NCBI GenBank assembly: GCA_964016885.1
Contig: OZ024752.1
Location: 37,138,001-37,202,000 of the forward strand
Direction: 5' to 3'
DNA length: 64,000 bases
From: Eledone cirrhosa
Lineage: Eukaryota
This document shows positions 50,236-64,000 of the stretch, piece after piece. The first letter of the stretch is position 1. Every line of letters begins with the position of its first letter. The translations under genes were made by a program, and so were the position numbers. The notes under the pieces were generated by a model that was not told where the DNA came from, did no database searches, and was given only the letters and a program-made list of their open reading frames with translations.

Positions 50236-50565
50236 GATATATATATAGGAGACTGAGGTTAGCTGGACATGCTCACCGACATCCAGAGTTGACATTGCAC
50301 TCAGTGCTCCTTTGGGAGCCCCTACATGGACACACTAGAAGAGGAAGACCAAGGTTAACGTATGTTGATGCCCTAAGGACAGACACTGGTCTGTTGGAGA
50401 CGCAGGACATGGCAGCGATAATGAGGACAGAAACCGGTGGAGAGAACTCGTCCATGGATCTCGGGAATTTTACCCGCCTTAGATAGATAGATAGATATAT
50501 ATATTATACAGTACTGTATAATAAATTCTCGGGAATTTTACCCGCCTTAGATAGATAGATAGATA
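50236..50565 (+). mobile_element. RTEX-like LINE 3' end with (TAGA)n tail and a local duplication
   Basis: RRLRLAGHAHRHPE...LLWEPLHGHTRRGRPRLTYVDALRTDTGL; ~60-bp end repeated at 50460 and 50527. Confidence 0.75.
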
Positions 50566-51368
50566 TATATATTATACAGTACTGTACTGGGAGTTCATAG
50601 AACTGAGTTTTCTGTAATTCGACTCGATCCTTTGTAATACGGACAGCGATCGATCAGGTAGAATTTTTACATTTGACAGTTTATAGGACTGGTTGCAAGA
50701 GATTTAAATACTAATAATTTTACATTTACTTGTAGCACTCTGAAAGTTCTGTCTATGTTAACTGTACAGACAAACCTGCGGCCAGTGTGGCCAGTTATCC
50801 GTTATCCGTATCCAGCAATCTATGAAGAATGTTAACTGTTAATTCATCACAAATACCGCAGTAAATACTTCATTTGTAATTTCATCAGTTGATTTCATCG
50901 CAAGATAATTATACGGTGAGCCGTATACAACACCAATAAATTCATCGTCATATCAAATACACCGTCATGCTTTTTATCTGCAGAGTAAATCCGTCGTTAA
51001 ATATTATTTATAGTTTGTTTTTTTCACATTGTAAATACATCGCATTTCATTTGCGATGAAAGAAGAAAAATGAAAGACAACAAATTCTATCTTACTATCT
51101 GCGTATCTTTAGAAATCTTGGAAAAAAAACTAAACAATGAAGAAACGTCATATGAATCGAACAGTATAAAGCCAGTGAAAAAATATTTCATATCACATAA
51201 AGAATTATAAAGAAAGTGCAGTGAGAATTTAACACATCGTCAATGGAGAGAAAAATTGCGAAGAGACATTGGTCATAATTTGATATTTTTAGAATGATTC
51301 TGCCTTCCTGCAATTTAAGATAATTTTATATTCTAACTACATTTGTGTATGTGTGCCTATGTGTATTA

Positions 51369-51425
<57 letters not shown>

Positions 51426-51663
51426 GCGTGTGTGTGTGTGTGCGTGTGTGTGTGCGTGTGTGTGTGCGTGTGTGTGCCTGTGTGTATGGATGGTTCTATC
51501 AATACAAGTAAATGCAGAGTAAATTCGATATTATTGTTATATTTTCGTTGTTTTCGAATTTCTTTTTTCATTGTTAATAAATCTGATGTATTTCCTTTGT
51601 AAATAAAAAAAAATTGTTAATAATGTGTAGCTATATATTTACTCTGCTGGTGAAAAGGATAAC

Positions 51664-52445
51664 GATGGCTTTACCGAAGATATATATATAGTATGGTGAT
51701 GGCTTTACTGAAGATATATATAATATGGTGATGGCTTACCGAAGATATATATAGTATGGTGATGGCTTACCGAAGATATATATAGTATGGTGATGGCTTT
51801 ACCGAAGATATATATAGTATGGTGATGGCTTACCGAAGATATATATAGTATGGTGATGGCTTTACTGAAGATATATTTAGTATGGTGATGGCTTACCGAA
51901 GATATATTTAGTATGGTGATGGCTTACCGAAGATGTATTTAGTATGGTGATGGCTTACCGAAGATGTATTTAGTATGGTGATGGCTTACCGAAGATATAT
52001 TTAGTATGGTGATGGCTTACCGAAGATGTATTTAGTATGGTGATGGCTTACCGAAGATGTATTTAGTATGGTGATGGCTTACCGAAGATATATTTAGTAT
52101 GGTGATGGCTTACCGAAGATGTATTTAGGATGGTGATGGTTTTACTGAAGATGTATTTAGTATGGTGATGGCTTTACTGAAGATGTATTTAGTATGGTGA
52201 TGGTTTTACTGAAGATGTATTTAGTATGGTGATGGCTTACCGAAGATATATATAGTATGGTGATGGCTTTACTGAAGATATATTTAGTATGGTGATGGCT
52301 TTACTGAAGATTTAGTATGGTGATGGCTTACCGAAGATATATTTAGTATGGTGATGGCTTACCGAAGATATATTTAGTATGGTGATGGCTTACCGAAGAT
52401 GTATTTAGTATGGTGATGGCTTACCGAAGATGTATTTAGTATGGT
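51664..52445. repeat. 31-32-bp minisatellite, about 25 units
   Basis: Unit ATGGTGATGGCTTACCGAAGATATATTTAGT with variants. Confidence 0.95.
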
Positions 52446-53181
52446 TCGCTATATTATTACTTAGCAATAAAATTACCTGGATATGGAATTGCCAATCGAT
52501 GAAACTACCGGTAATGTCTGTATCACCTCATGACTACTGACCGCGATGAATTTAGCGGATATTAACGAAGAAACTTATACGTGGAAACTCGACCTGCTGT
52601 AATCGGAAGTCAAATGTTTTTCAAATATTTATTTCTAACATAAGTACAAGGCCAGTAATTTGAGGGTGCGGTGGGGGAGAGGAAAAAGTTGATTACATTG
52701 ACATTAGTATTTTACTGGTATTTTATTTTATCGACCCCGAAATGTTGACCTCGGTGGAATTTGAATTCAGAACGTAAAGGGCCATAACTAGATGCTAACG
52801 ATTCTGTAAATCCAGTTATAATACCTTACCGTCGACAAATATACCAAAAAGGTGATCCTAAACATAATGTACCAGAAACGATACCGAATCCATGTCAAAC
52901 CCAGAAAGATCTTTAAATTGAGATCTCGATTTTTTTCCGCAGCAACTACTAAACCATTTGATCCGAGCCAACATAACGAGGATTAAACCTAGTAGTTATG
53001 CAGAGGTAGTGAGAATGCCTGAATATTGGAAATCCTAGTCTCCCTGATGGATATCATATGTAGATCCAATAACCTGAGTAAACTGGTTATTGGCAGGTAT
53101 CCATTGAGTTAAGAGAGACATACCGACTGTTTACGAGTACAAATTTTCTCAATAAACTTCATCTCTCGGGTTATGTATCTG

Positions 53182-53396
53182 CCGTATATACTCGAATATA
53201 AGTCGATCTGGATATAAGCCGACCCCTCCCTCCCATTTTATGTCTGAGAAATGAGCACATATCCAAACCCCATTTATAAGACGAAGCAGCTAATCAACAC
53301 ATTTTAGATGGCGTATATAAGCCGACCCCCCTCCCATTATTTTACTATCGATTTTTTTAAAATCATATTCCTCGTCTTATATTCGAATATATACAG
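53182..53396. mobile_element. pogo/Tigger-like MITE
   Basis: CCGTATATACTCGAATATAAG / CTTATATTCGAATATATACAG inverted termini. Confidence 0.7.
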
Positions 53397-53541
53397 GGTG
53401 GTCCGAAAGCCTTGTCCCCCTCCCCCCACTTGTCACATATTGTTTTAACTTTCATTATTTTTTTGTTTTAAAGTACCAGTAATGAACTGGGTCGTTGCTG
53501 GCCTTGTGCCCAAAGTAGAAACAATTATTTTTTGTTTCAAA

Positions 53542-53930
53542 GGCGGTTGATTGACAGTATCGGTAGAGGGTCGGACGCCATGCTTTCCAGCATAGTTACG
53601 TCCCTTTACGATCTGAGTTCAAATCCCGCCGAGGTTGACTTTGCCTTTCATCCTTACGGGGTCGATAAAATAAAGTACCAGTAATGTACTGGGTAATTGC
53701 TGGCCTTGTGCCTAAAGTAGAAACAATTAATTATAATATATAATAATAATTGTTTCTACTTTTGGCACAAGGCCAGCAATTACCCAGTACATTACTGGTA
53801 CTTTATTTTATCTACCCCGTAAGGATGAAAGGCAAAGTCAACCTCGGCGGGATTTGAACTCAGAATGGCAAGGGCCGTAACTCAATGCGTCAAAGCATGG
53901 GGTCCGACCCTCTACCGATACTGCCAATTC
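53542..53930. mobile_element. Tail-to-tail inverted pair of full SINEs
   Basis: Plus copy 53542-53729 and minus copy ~53749-53930, about 20-nt AT spacer. Confidence 0.9.
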
Positions 53931-55023
53931 ACTTTGATTTTTACAATTGTGAAATAAATGAAGTATGTTTAGAAACCAGCGAGCGACGTTAGAAACATTT
54001 AAAAGATGGATACCAGCACACCTGTGGTGATATCGATCTTTTTCCGTTCAGTGGATTTATACTCTCCGTTACTAGACTATTTTATTTAGTTAAATATTAC
54101 AGTGAAGCTTTCTATTTCTCTTTCAATTTTCTGAAATAAATGTTTTCTTTAATCCACGCTCCTTCACAAAGTTTTGTTTTTCCCCTTCAAGCTTTAAACT
54201 GCAAGAATTCAAACCGAAAATTATCTTCATTAAACTCTATCATCTTTATCACTCTGGATACTAAGACCTGGAAGTGGCATGGACACGATCCCTCCCATCG
54301 CTCATTAACTTTCAAAGAAGGGCGAAAAAAACAGAACAGAAGAATATTTATTGATAAAAAGATAGTAATGGCCATTTTAAAGTTTCTAAGACACAAAAGT
54401 TTCAGAGAGACTTCAAGCGTGTATTAATCAATACTATAGCGATTCGTTAATAACATTATGACATTTTTTTTTTTCTTCTAGTCTCTTCATTCTCATTAAA
54501 TCTAATACGGCTTTAGCAGCAACGGAGGTCATATTCAACTTCAGAGGCATTTCCGTTGATTAAATCAATTCTTTTCATTATCCATTTTTTCTTGGAGCAA
54601 ATTTGACACCTTTTGATCTCTGACATTAAAGGAAGTAATTATTGACCTAATGTTAGCACATACTAAATAGTATCACTCCCAGAAAAGAATAAAGTATTTT
54701 TTATTTCATTTCATTTTTTTTTTTTATTCCAAGAAAAAATTGTATTCAACCTTTTATTTAACAGAAGGAGAATTAATTTGAAAGAAAACAAAGGAATATT
54801 ATCTGGCAGTGCTGGACGCCATGCTTTCCAGCATAGAGTCATATCCCTTTACGGTCTGAGTTCAAATCCCGCCGAGGTTAACTTTGCCTTTCATCCTTAC
54901 GGGGTCGATAAAATAAAGTACCAGTAATGCACTGGGATAATTGCTGGCCTTGTGCCAAAAGTAGAAACAATTATCTGGCAGTGCAATAGCCGTTTATGCA
55001 TTTATACAGTATAGTTTTAGTTA

Positions 55024-55194
55024 CCGTATTTCCCGGTGCCGAAGACGCTTCCTCCTTGAGGACGCACCCTAATTTTGACAACCAAAAATTTGAAAAAAAA
55101 AAAAAATAAACAACCTTCGGCCTCCAGGACGCATGGTAGATTTTTTAGACTTATTTTAGGAAAAAAGTAGCGTCTTCGACGCAGAGAAATACGG
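55024..55194. mobile_element. pogo/Tigger-like MITE
   Basis: TA-CCGTATTTC...GAAGACGCT / AGCGTCTTC...GAAATACGG-TA. Confidence 0.7.
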
Positions 55195-55404
55195 TAGTTT
55201 AAAAGACAGGAGAATCATGGCTGGCAGCCCAACATCTAAATATCTGTCTCGAGCCTGGAGGTCCATCGAGCCGGTGCTCATCCTGGTTTCCCTGGCATGA
55301 AGCGGCTGAGAGTACAAGACATGACGCCAGTCCATCAAGTGCTCCATTAATGGACCCTTAAAATATGAATATCTCCCGATATTATTCCCTTCACATCCTC
55401 TTTC

Positions 55405-55452
<48 letters not shown>

Positions 55453-55454
<2 letters not shown>

Positions 55455-55645
55455 CGAAGGAAATGTGGTAAGGAACCAGGTGGACCATAACGCACCAAAG
55501 TACTCAATACTTAGGGTAGTAGAGTGGGTAATAGGAACGAGTAGGAAACCGACGGCTGAGCTCAAGCCGTTTCACAGAATTAGCCGTCCAGAATTAGCCG
55601 TCGAAACGGCTTGAGCTCAGCCGTCGGGGTCCTACTCGTTCCTAT
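55453..55645. mobile_element. Penelope-like fold-back fragment with partial hammerhead
   Basis: ~44-bp inverted arms 55531-55574 and 55603-55645 between (TA)n; GAAA-CGGC TTGAGCTCA GCCG-TC gives stem III plus a GUC site. Confidence 0.6.
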
Positions 55646-56166
55646 ATATATGAAGAGGTCACAGAGTGTGTGACGAAAGGACTATGACTATATATAAACA
55701 ACTATCTGGTTGTGGAACCAACCAACCAACCAGAAATTTATAAGTTTGTAGATTTGTAAATTTATAAATTTATAAATATATAATAAATTGAAGTGAAAGC
55801 AACTGGTGCGTGTGTTTCTTATTGGCAACATGACCCTCCCAAAGTATAACAATATCGGTTTCAACACACGATTTCAGATAAAGAATCTTGCTAAACAAAT
55901 TCAGAAACGATATATATATATATATGTTGCTTGTTTATTCCTATCTTTGCGTTTCTTTCATCCTTCTATGTTGTTTACTTGTCTCACTCGCTTTACGCGA
56001 TTTACTTGTCCCAATAGCTTTATTTAGCTATTGCTCGCACCCACCTGAGGTATATGATTTTTAATGCGATGAAATATCAATGATGGTTGGAAAATCACTG
56101 ACGAAGGACTATTTTTATCATATGTAACCCATGTGCAACCACACAGTATTCTTCTTTCTTCTCATG

Positions 56167-56207
<41 letters not shown>

Positions 56208-56210
<3 letters not shown>

Positions 56211-56430
56211 TTATTAAAATAACAGATTAAAGTTTAAGCAAAGAATCGCTGCTTTCACCCTTAACGGGATCTTCTGAAAGTTTCAGAAGATCCCGTTAAG
56301 GGTGAAAGCAGCGATTCTTTGCTTAAACTTTAATCTGTTATTTTAATAAATATTTGCTCTACGGTTCTTATATATTTGATATATATTTATCTTTATCGAG
56401 CCCTCTTTGGATTTTAGTCTTCAAATTTAT
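56208..56430. mobile_element. Perfect fold-back fragment in (TA)n, Penelope-like layout
   Basis: 72-bp arms 56208-56279 and 56281-56352 with a 1-nt centre, then a unique extension; CAGAAGA-TCCC GTTAA GGGT-GAAA resembles a degenerate hammerhead core. Confidence 0.55.
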
Positions 56431-56436
56431 TATTAT

Positions 56437-56505
<69 letters not shown>

Positions 56506-56591
56506 GTTTTCTTACATTGACATGAAGTAAATGTTTAGTGAGATGGGTGGGTTGTGATGTTTATGCCTTTCCTATAGTAGATATTAATATA

Positions 56592-56900
56592 AGGTGGCAA
56601 ATTGGCAGTCATTAGAATGTTGGATAGAATGCTTTGCGGTGTTGATTCCGACTGTCTGCTCTCTGAGTTCAAATCCCACCGAGGTCAACTTTGCCTTTTA
56701 TCTATTCGAGGTCATTAAAAGAAACTACCAGTCTAGTACTGGGGTCGATTCTTCCCCTATATCTCTTTCACTTTTTATCTTTCTCTAGAAGAAATCTGCT
56801 GTATTCAGACAAAGAAAAGAGATGGGATCTGCCAGGCTTTAAAAAAAAAATGCCTAAGATACGCCGTATGTCAATGCGATACCTCTACGACTCCACCAGG
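56592..56900 (+). mobile_element. Older SINE subfamily with the same head/core but a different 3' tail
   Basis: Core followed by GGGGTCGATTCTTCCYCTAT...AGAAATCTGC...AGATACGCC; relatives at ~1480-1660, ~10890-11300, ~49700-49955 and ~63650-63976. Confidence 0.7.
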
Positions 56901-58082
56901 GGTTGCGAGAAGTCATCAACGTCCTATGAGCTGGATGAACTAGAAATATTTCTTTTCGCGTAGGCATAACATTTTAGTGGGGGTGGAGAGAGGTTTGTAT
57001 GTTGTTAGCGACTTCTTAAGAGATATTAAGAGACATACATGACATGATGTGGCGTCAACTAGGAATAAAGTTTGCATAAATATCATTTACTACTTACTTA
57101 CACTACTGTTAGTGCATGTGACAATCTAAGAAAAAGAAAAGAAAAAAGGATGAGGGGAAAATGATATCTAAAAGAAAAATGATATCTGGGAAAATTATAA
57201 ATAGATAACTTTATATTGATTTCTTACGTAGGTACAACTCATATTTATACAGCGAAGAAACAAAATGTCTGGCGTGACAGCAAATTTATTGCCCGGTTTA
57301 CAGAACGCCAAACACGAAACACAGAATTAATTCAAGTTTGATATCGATAGTATTAGATAGAAAGAGAGTATTTCAACGAATCCCTTAGCCTTTTTTTTTT
57401 ACTTGCTATTCTCACAGTAACATTATTTAAGGCTAAAAAAAAAATCGTGTTGGATTGACAGGGTCGTTAGAGCGCTGGAGAAATTCATAGCAGTATTTGT
57501 TCTGGGGTCGATAAAATAAAGTACCAGTAATGCACTGGATAATTGCTGGCCTTGTGCCTAAAGTAGAAACAAGTATTTGTTCTGGTTCATGATATTCCGA
57601 GTTCAATTCCCGTCGAGGTATAATCTGCCTTTCATCCTTGTGAGGTCGATAAAGTATTGTGGTTGATTTAATCGATTTACCCTTCTTCCAAATTGCTGAC
57701 ATTGGGCCTAAATTAGCAATCCTTATTTAAGGCTGAAATTATCGGTAAAGCGTCGGACATTCTTTGTGGCATAGAGTTACGGCGTTTTATGTTCTGACTT
57801 CAAATCCCGCCGAAGTTAGCTTTGCCGTTCATCTTTACCGGGATCGATAAAATAAAGTAACTGTAACGCACTGGGGTCAATTTAATCGACTTCCCCCCCC
57901 CCCCCCCCCCCCCCCACAAAAAAAAAATTGTTGGCCTTGTACCTAAATCGGAAACCCTTATTTAAGGTTCAAATAACGCACAAACTAACCCCTTGGTAGT
58001 TGAAACTGAAACTATACGCAACAAAATACAGCTAAATATTCTTCTAATATATTTAGAATATCTATCTGTTCTTTATTCGGTA

Positions 58083-58432
58083 TATAGTGTACCCCCCGGC
58101 ATTCGCGCTCCCGTTATTCGCGGAATTTGCCTTAAAACCTAACTAATAATTGTTCGTGGAAACCACCGTCTTCAGTGATTTTTTTTAATGGCTTTTTTTT
58201 AAACGTAAAATTATTAATAACAATATACTGTATGTTCCGGCCTATTAGACGTCCCTTCGCATAAGCCGCTCCTTCTTTTTTTTTTAAATTATATTTTACG
58301 TTATATTTTGACGTTTATAGGCATTTTTATAGACCTCGTCCGATATTCGTGGTTTTTCATTCTTCGCGGGTGCTCTAGTAACGTAAGCCCCGCGAATACC
58401 GGGAGAGGCGGGGGGGGGGGGGGGTAACTGTA
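58083..58432. mobile_element. Tigger-like MITE
   Basis: CCCGGCATTCGCG / CGCGAATACCGGG inverted subterminal motifs; CTGTA end. Confidence 0.55.
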
Positions 58433-58694
58433 CTATGTTAAAAGAAAATTATTCATGATATGACATACGAAGTATCAGATTGGTTTACAAATAGAAAATG
58501 TATTCCTTTTCATTTGAAAGGTTTATAAAACATGTGTTATATTAAGTTCATTGAAAACTTCAAACATGTAGCATTTTAATCGGATTTGATGCTTGAGAAT
58601 TTTAATATCGATAAACAAACTAAAATAGAATTCCATTTGAAAGAAAGACATATGGAAAAATAGAACTTATATATCTACATATTTATACCTGAAT

Positions 58695-59862
58695 GCACAC
58701 ATACATACTGTACATACTATATACTTTCATATACAGTATCTATATACACACACATACATTCATATACACATGCGTTACATACTATATACTTTCATACACA
58801 ATATCTATATACACACATACATACATACTTGTACTTTACATACTATATACTTTCATACACAATATCTATATATACACGTACATACATATACACACTTTAC
58901 ATACTATATACGTTCATACCCAATATTTATATACACACATACACTTTACATACTATATACTTTCATACACAATATTTATATACACGTACACATACATACA
59001 TATACACACTTTACATACTATATACTTTCATACACAAAATTTATATACACACATACACTTTACATACTATATACTTTCATACACAATATTTATATACACA
59101 CATACACACTTTACATACTATATACTTTCATACACAATATTTATATACACGTACACATACATACATATACACACTTTACATACTATATACTTTCATACAC
59201 AAAATTTATATACACACATACACACATACACTTTACATACTATATACTTTCATACACAATATTTATATACACACATACACTTTACATACTATATACTTTC
59301 ATACACAATATTTATATACACACATACACTTTACATACTATATACTTTCATACACAATATTTATATACACACATACACTTTACATACTATATACTTTCAT
59401 ACACAATATTTATATACACACATACACTTTACATACTATATACTTTCATACACAAAATTTATACACACACATACCCACTTTACATACTATATACTTTCAT
59501 ACACAATATTTATATACACGTACACATACATACATATACACACTTTACATACTATATACGTTCATACCCAATATTTATATACACACATACACTTTACATA
59601 CTATATACTTTCATACCCAATATTTATATACACACATACACTTTACATACTATATACTTTCATACCCAATATTTATATACACACATACACTTTACATACT
59701 ATATACTTTCATACACAAAATTTATATACACACATACACACTTTACATACTATATACTTTCATACACAATATTTATATACACACATACACTTTACATACT
59801 ATATACTTTCATACACAATATTTATATACACACATACACTTTACATACTATATACTTTCATC
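58695..59862. repeat. ~49-bp minisatellite with longer variant units
   Basis: Unit ACACTTTACATACTATATACTTTCATACACAATATTTATATACACACAT. Confidence 0.95.
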
Positions 59863-60094
59863 ACAATACAGATTATCACACACACTATATATATATACAC
59901 ACACTATCACACACACACCATATATATATATATACATACATACACGTGTGTGTGTGTGTGTGTCCAGTTCACTTAAGAAGCGTTACGAAATTTGAAATTT
60001 GGAAATGTAGTCGCCCTAACGCAGATAACTATAATAATAGCTGATCACAAAAAATGTTATTATAGTTATCTGTGTTGGGACGACCATATATTCA

Positions 60095-60150
<56 letters not shown>

Positions 60151-60235
60151 GTGTGTGTGCGTGTGCGTGCAAAAAGTAAACGAAAACAACAAAGCAAACA
60201 ACACAGTACAATGAGATTGCAGAAGAACGGGCGCG

Positions 60236-61895
60236 GCCATGTAGCTATGTACACGGTAGACCATGTAGCTATGTACACGGTAGACCACGTAGCTATCTAC
60301 ACGGTAGACCATGTAGCTATGTACGCGGTAGACCATGTAGCTATGTACACGGTAGACCATGTAGCTATGTACACGGTAGACCACGTAGCTATCTACACGG
60401 TAGACCATGTAGCTATGTACGCGGTAGACCACGTAGCTATGTACGCGGTAGACCATGTAGCTATCTACACGGTAGACCATGTAGCTATGTACGCGGTAGA
60501 CCATGTAGCTATCTACACGGTAGACCACGTAGCTATGTACGCGGTAGACCATGTAGCTATGTACACGGTAGACCATGTAGCTATGTACGCGGTAGACCAC
60601 GTAGCTATGTACGCGGTAGACCACGTAGCTATGTACGCGGTAGACCATGTAGCTATGTACGCGGTAGACCATGTAGCTATGTACGCGGTAGACCATGTAG
60701 CTATGTACGCGGTAGACCATGTAGCTATCTACACGGTAGACCACGTAGCTATGTACGCGGTAGACCATGTAGCTATGTACACGGTAGACCATGTAGCTAT
60801 GTACGCGGTAGACCATGTAGCTATGTACGCGGTAGACCATGTAGCTATGTACGCGGTAGACCATGTAGCTATGTACGCGGTAGACCACGTAGCTATCTAC
60901 GCGGTAGACCATGTAGCTATGTACGCGGTAGACCACGTAGCTATGTACGCGGTAGACCACGTAGCTATCTACGCGGTAGACCATGTAGCTATGTACGCGG
61001 TAGACCACGTAGCTATCTACACGGTAGACCATGTAGCTATGTACGCGGTAGACCATGTAGCTATCTACACGGTAGACCATGTAGCTATGTACGCGGTAGA
61101 CCATGTAGCTATGTACACTGTAGACCACGTAGCTATCTACACGGTAGACCATGTAGCTATGTACGCGGTAGACCACGTAGCTATGCACACGGTAGACCAC
61201 GTAGCTATCTACGCGGTAGACCATGTAGCTATGTACGCGGTAGACCACGTAGCTATCTACACGGTAGACCATGTAGCTATGTACGCGGTAGACCATGTAG
61301 CTATGTACGCGGTAGACCATGTAGCTATGTACACGGTAGACCATGTAGCTATGTACGCGGTAGACCATGTAGCTATCTACACGGTAGACCATGTAGCTAT
61401 GTACGCGGTAGACCATGTAGCTATGTACACTGTAGACCATGTAGCTATCTACACGGTAGACCATGTAGCTATCTACACGGTAGACCATGTAGCTATGTAC
61501 GCGGTAGACCATGTAGCTATGTACGCGGTAGACCATGTAGCTATGTACGCGGTAGACCATGTAGCTATGTACGCGGTAGACCATGTAGCTATGTACACGG
61601 TAGACCATGTAGCTATCTACACGGTAGACCACGTAGCTATCTACACGGTAGACCATGTAGCTATGTACGCGGTAGACCACGTAGCTATGTACGCGGTAGA
61701 CCACGTAGCTATCTACACGGTAGACCATGTAGCTATGTACGCGGTAGACCACGTAGCTATCTACACGGTAGACCACGTAGCTATGTACACGGTAGACCAC
61801 GTAGCTATGTACGTGGTAGACCACGTAGCTATGTACGCGGTAGACCATGTAGCTATGTACGCGGTAGACCATGTAGCTATGTACACGGTAGACCA
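60236..61895. repeat. 24-bp minisatellite, about 69 units, no indels
   Basis: Unit GACCAYGTAGCTATSTACRCGGTA; one frame is open on each strand (VDHVAMYA / RVHSYMVY). Confidence 0.97.
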
Positions 61896-62147
61896 GTGAG
61901 ATAAAATGTCGTGCCACTGGGAATTAAACTCGTGACCCAACTAATTGCAGAACTAAATGTTATCCATTCAATATTTTCATCACACTGGAAAAAAATAAAT
62001 TGACAAATGGACGCTGTACGAGCAATGGCCATTTTTTACGCAATAAACGCTACATAGTTTTTTTTATCGTATTGACATGCGTCAGGACAATAGCTTGGTC
62101 CATCATTGATTAATGGAAAACACTATTCTATGTGTTTTGCAATAATA

Positions 62148-62990
62148 ATTGTTTCTACTTTTGGCACAAGACCATCAATTACCCAGTACATTACTGGTAC
62201 TTTATTTTATCGACCCCGTAAGGATGAAAGACAAAGTTAACCTCGGCGGGATTTGAACTCGGACCGTAAAGGTCCGTAAAGGGACGTAACTATGCTGGAA
62301 AGCATGGCGTCCGACTCTCTACCGATACTGCCAGTCCACCGTGTTTTGCAATAATAATCTTCCTCTTCTTCTTAGGAGGACCGTGGAAGCAGCGTCCTCA
62401 AACACTCCTTCCATGGGGTCCTGCATGAAGAGTTGAGCTCATGGATGTTATCCAACCATCTTGATAATGTATTTTTTTTTTTTTTTGCTTGCTCTATATA
62501 ATCGGACCTTATCTCTTTGCTAATATGTACTTATATTTGTCCCAACAAAGTCTTGTAGATCTTTTTGGGTCTTCCATCAGTTTTTCATTTGTTGTTCGTA
62601 GAACTGGAAACTTCAATATGACGTAAACGGAGACGATGATGATTATGAAATGACCTCCTCCATGCCGTCTCTTGGGGGACACTTAATATATTTTTGTTAG
62701 TTTTCGTTGTTTTCAGCTATATGCCACCCCTATACGCTTTCCCCCATCTATTCGTTCTTGTCAAAAGACGTTGTGGTGACACTATTAGTTTTAAGGGCGG
62801 TGGATTGGCAGTATCGGTAGAGGGTCGGACGCCATTCTTTGTAGCATAGAGTTACGTCCCTTTACGGTCTGAGTTCAAATCCCGTCGAGGTTAACTTTGC
62901 CTTTCATCCTTACGGGGTGGTCGATAAAATAAAGTACCAGTAATTCACTGGGGAAATTGCTGGCCTTGTGCCAAACGTATAAACAATTAT
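62148..62990. mobile_element. Two SINEs (62148-62341 minus, 62795-62990 plus) flanking a degraded LINE-like 3' fragment
   Basis: SINE boxes and core; the intervening 62358-62700 starts with a (CTT)n tail-like tract. Confidence 0.7.
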
Positions 62991-64000
62991 TAGTTTTAAC
63001 TTCAGGTTCATGTCCAGGTCTTGAAATCTAGGGAAAGAGGAGGTAAAATATTCAATGGTTTCTGAAACTGTAGGAACTTACAAGACTGAAACTTATGGCC
63101 TTGTATGGACCCATAACTCCCGACGGAGAAGTAGGGTTGCTATATTGACAGACGATGTTTCTGTGGCATTAAAAAAAATAATAATAATCTAACGGAGCCC
63201 ATTTCGTCTCCAGGTTGAACACAACAGATTCTTCCAGAGAATAGTGAAAGTGAGAAAGAGATACAGAGGAAGAATCGACCCCAGTATTAGACTGGTATAT
63301 GGGTATGGGAAAAGTAAAGCGAAACATGCAGTGGTGGTGGTGGTAGTGTTAGTGGTGGTGATGGTAGTGTTAGTGGTGGTGGTAGTGTGTAGTAGTGGTG
63401 GTAGTGTGTAGTAGTGGTGGTGATAGTGTTAGTAGTGGAGGTAGTGTGTAGTAGTGGTGGTAGTATCAGTAGTGGTGGTAGTATTAGTGGTGGTGGTAGG
63501 AGTGGTGGTGGTGTTTATCCGACATCTTGTTTTAAGTTACCATTTTTCTGTAGTTTAGTTGTGGGATTTTCCTAAAAATCACCCTCCACTCTTTAAATTA
63601 AGGAAAGACACATTCAATTATATAACCATAGGTATGACATGAACCTGTAACTCCTGATGGAATCGTAGTGGTGCCATATTGGCATACAGCATTTTTGGGG
63701 CATTTTTAGATCGTGCGGAGCCCATCTCCTCCCCGGGTGGGTCAGAGTACAGCAGATTTCTTCTACAGAAGGATAAAGAGTGAGAGAAAGAAAGTGGGAA
63801 AGAGATATAGAGGAAGAATCTATCCCAGTACTAGACTGGTACGTTTTTTTATAAACTTTGAATGGTTGAAAGACAAAGCTGACTCCGACGGGATTTGAAC
63901 TGAGAAAGCAGAGAGGCTGAATGAATACCACAAGGCATTCTATTCGACGTTGTAACGACTCTGCAATTCGCCGCCTATAATAATTAATTGTTTCTACTTT

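Noticed and set aside
51664-52445. CRISPR-like periodicity (also at 60236-61895)
   Set aside because: Contiguous tandem units without unique spacers, no cas genes, eukaryotic context.
53040-53120. CTGATGG with nearby hairpins as another hammerhead
   Set aside because: No GAAA core or consistent stem I/III geometry.

Overview
AT-rich, microsatellite-dense eukaryotic DNA. The SINE repertoire points to an octopod cephalopod (inference from repeat families, not a database hit). Most ORFs in the supplied track are translations of simple repeats. The main structure is a nested retrotransposon complex on the minus strand (about 15.9-33.9 kb). An RTE-clade LINE with an intact 1181-aa ORF (APE, RT, three C2H2 fingers) appears to carry a head-to-tail dimer of full-length, about 6.03-kb Tx1/L1-clade LINEs in the (TTA)n tract of its 3' UTR. 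The two Tx1 copies have complementary lesions: one has an intact ORF2, the other an intact ORF1. The window also holds two ~600-bp non-autonomous elements made of an RTE-type 5' UTR and 3' end, and several fold-back fragments in (TA)n tracts carrying minimal hammerhead-ribozyme cores (Penelope-like pseudo-LTR signature). There are 3' fragments of CRE, R4/Dong-like and RTEX LINEs, dozens of tRNA-derived SINEs, several MITEs and several minisatellites. One convincing host exon was found (41131-40882, minus strand). Coordinates were read by eye and may be off by a few bases.
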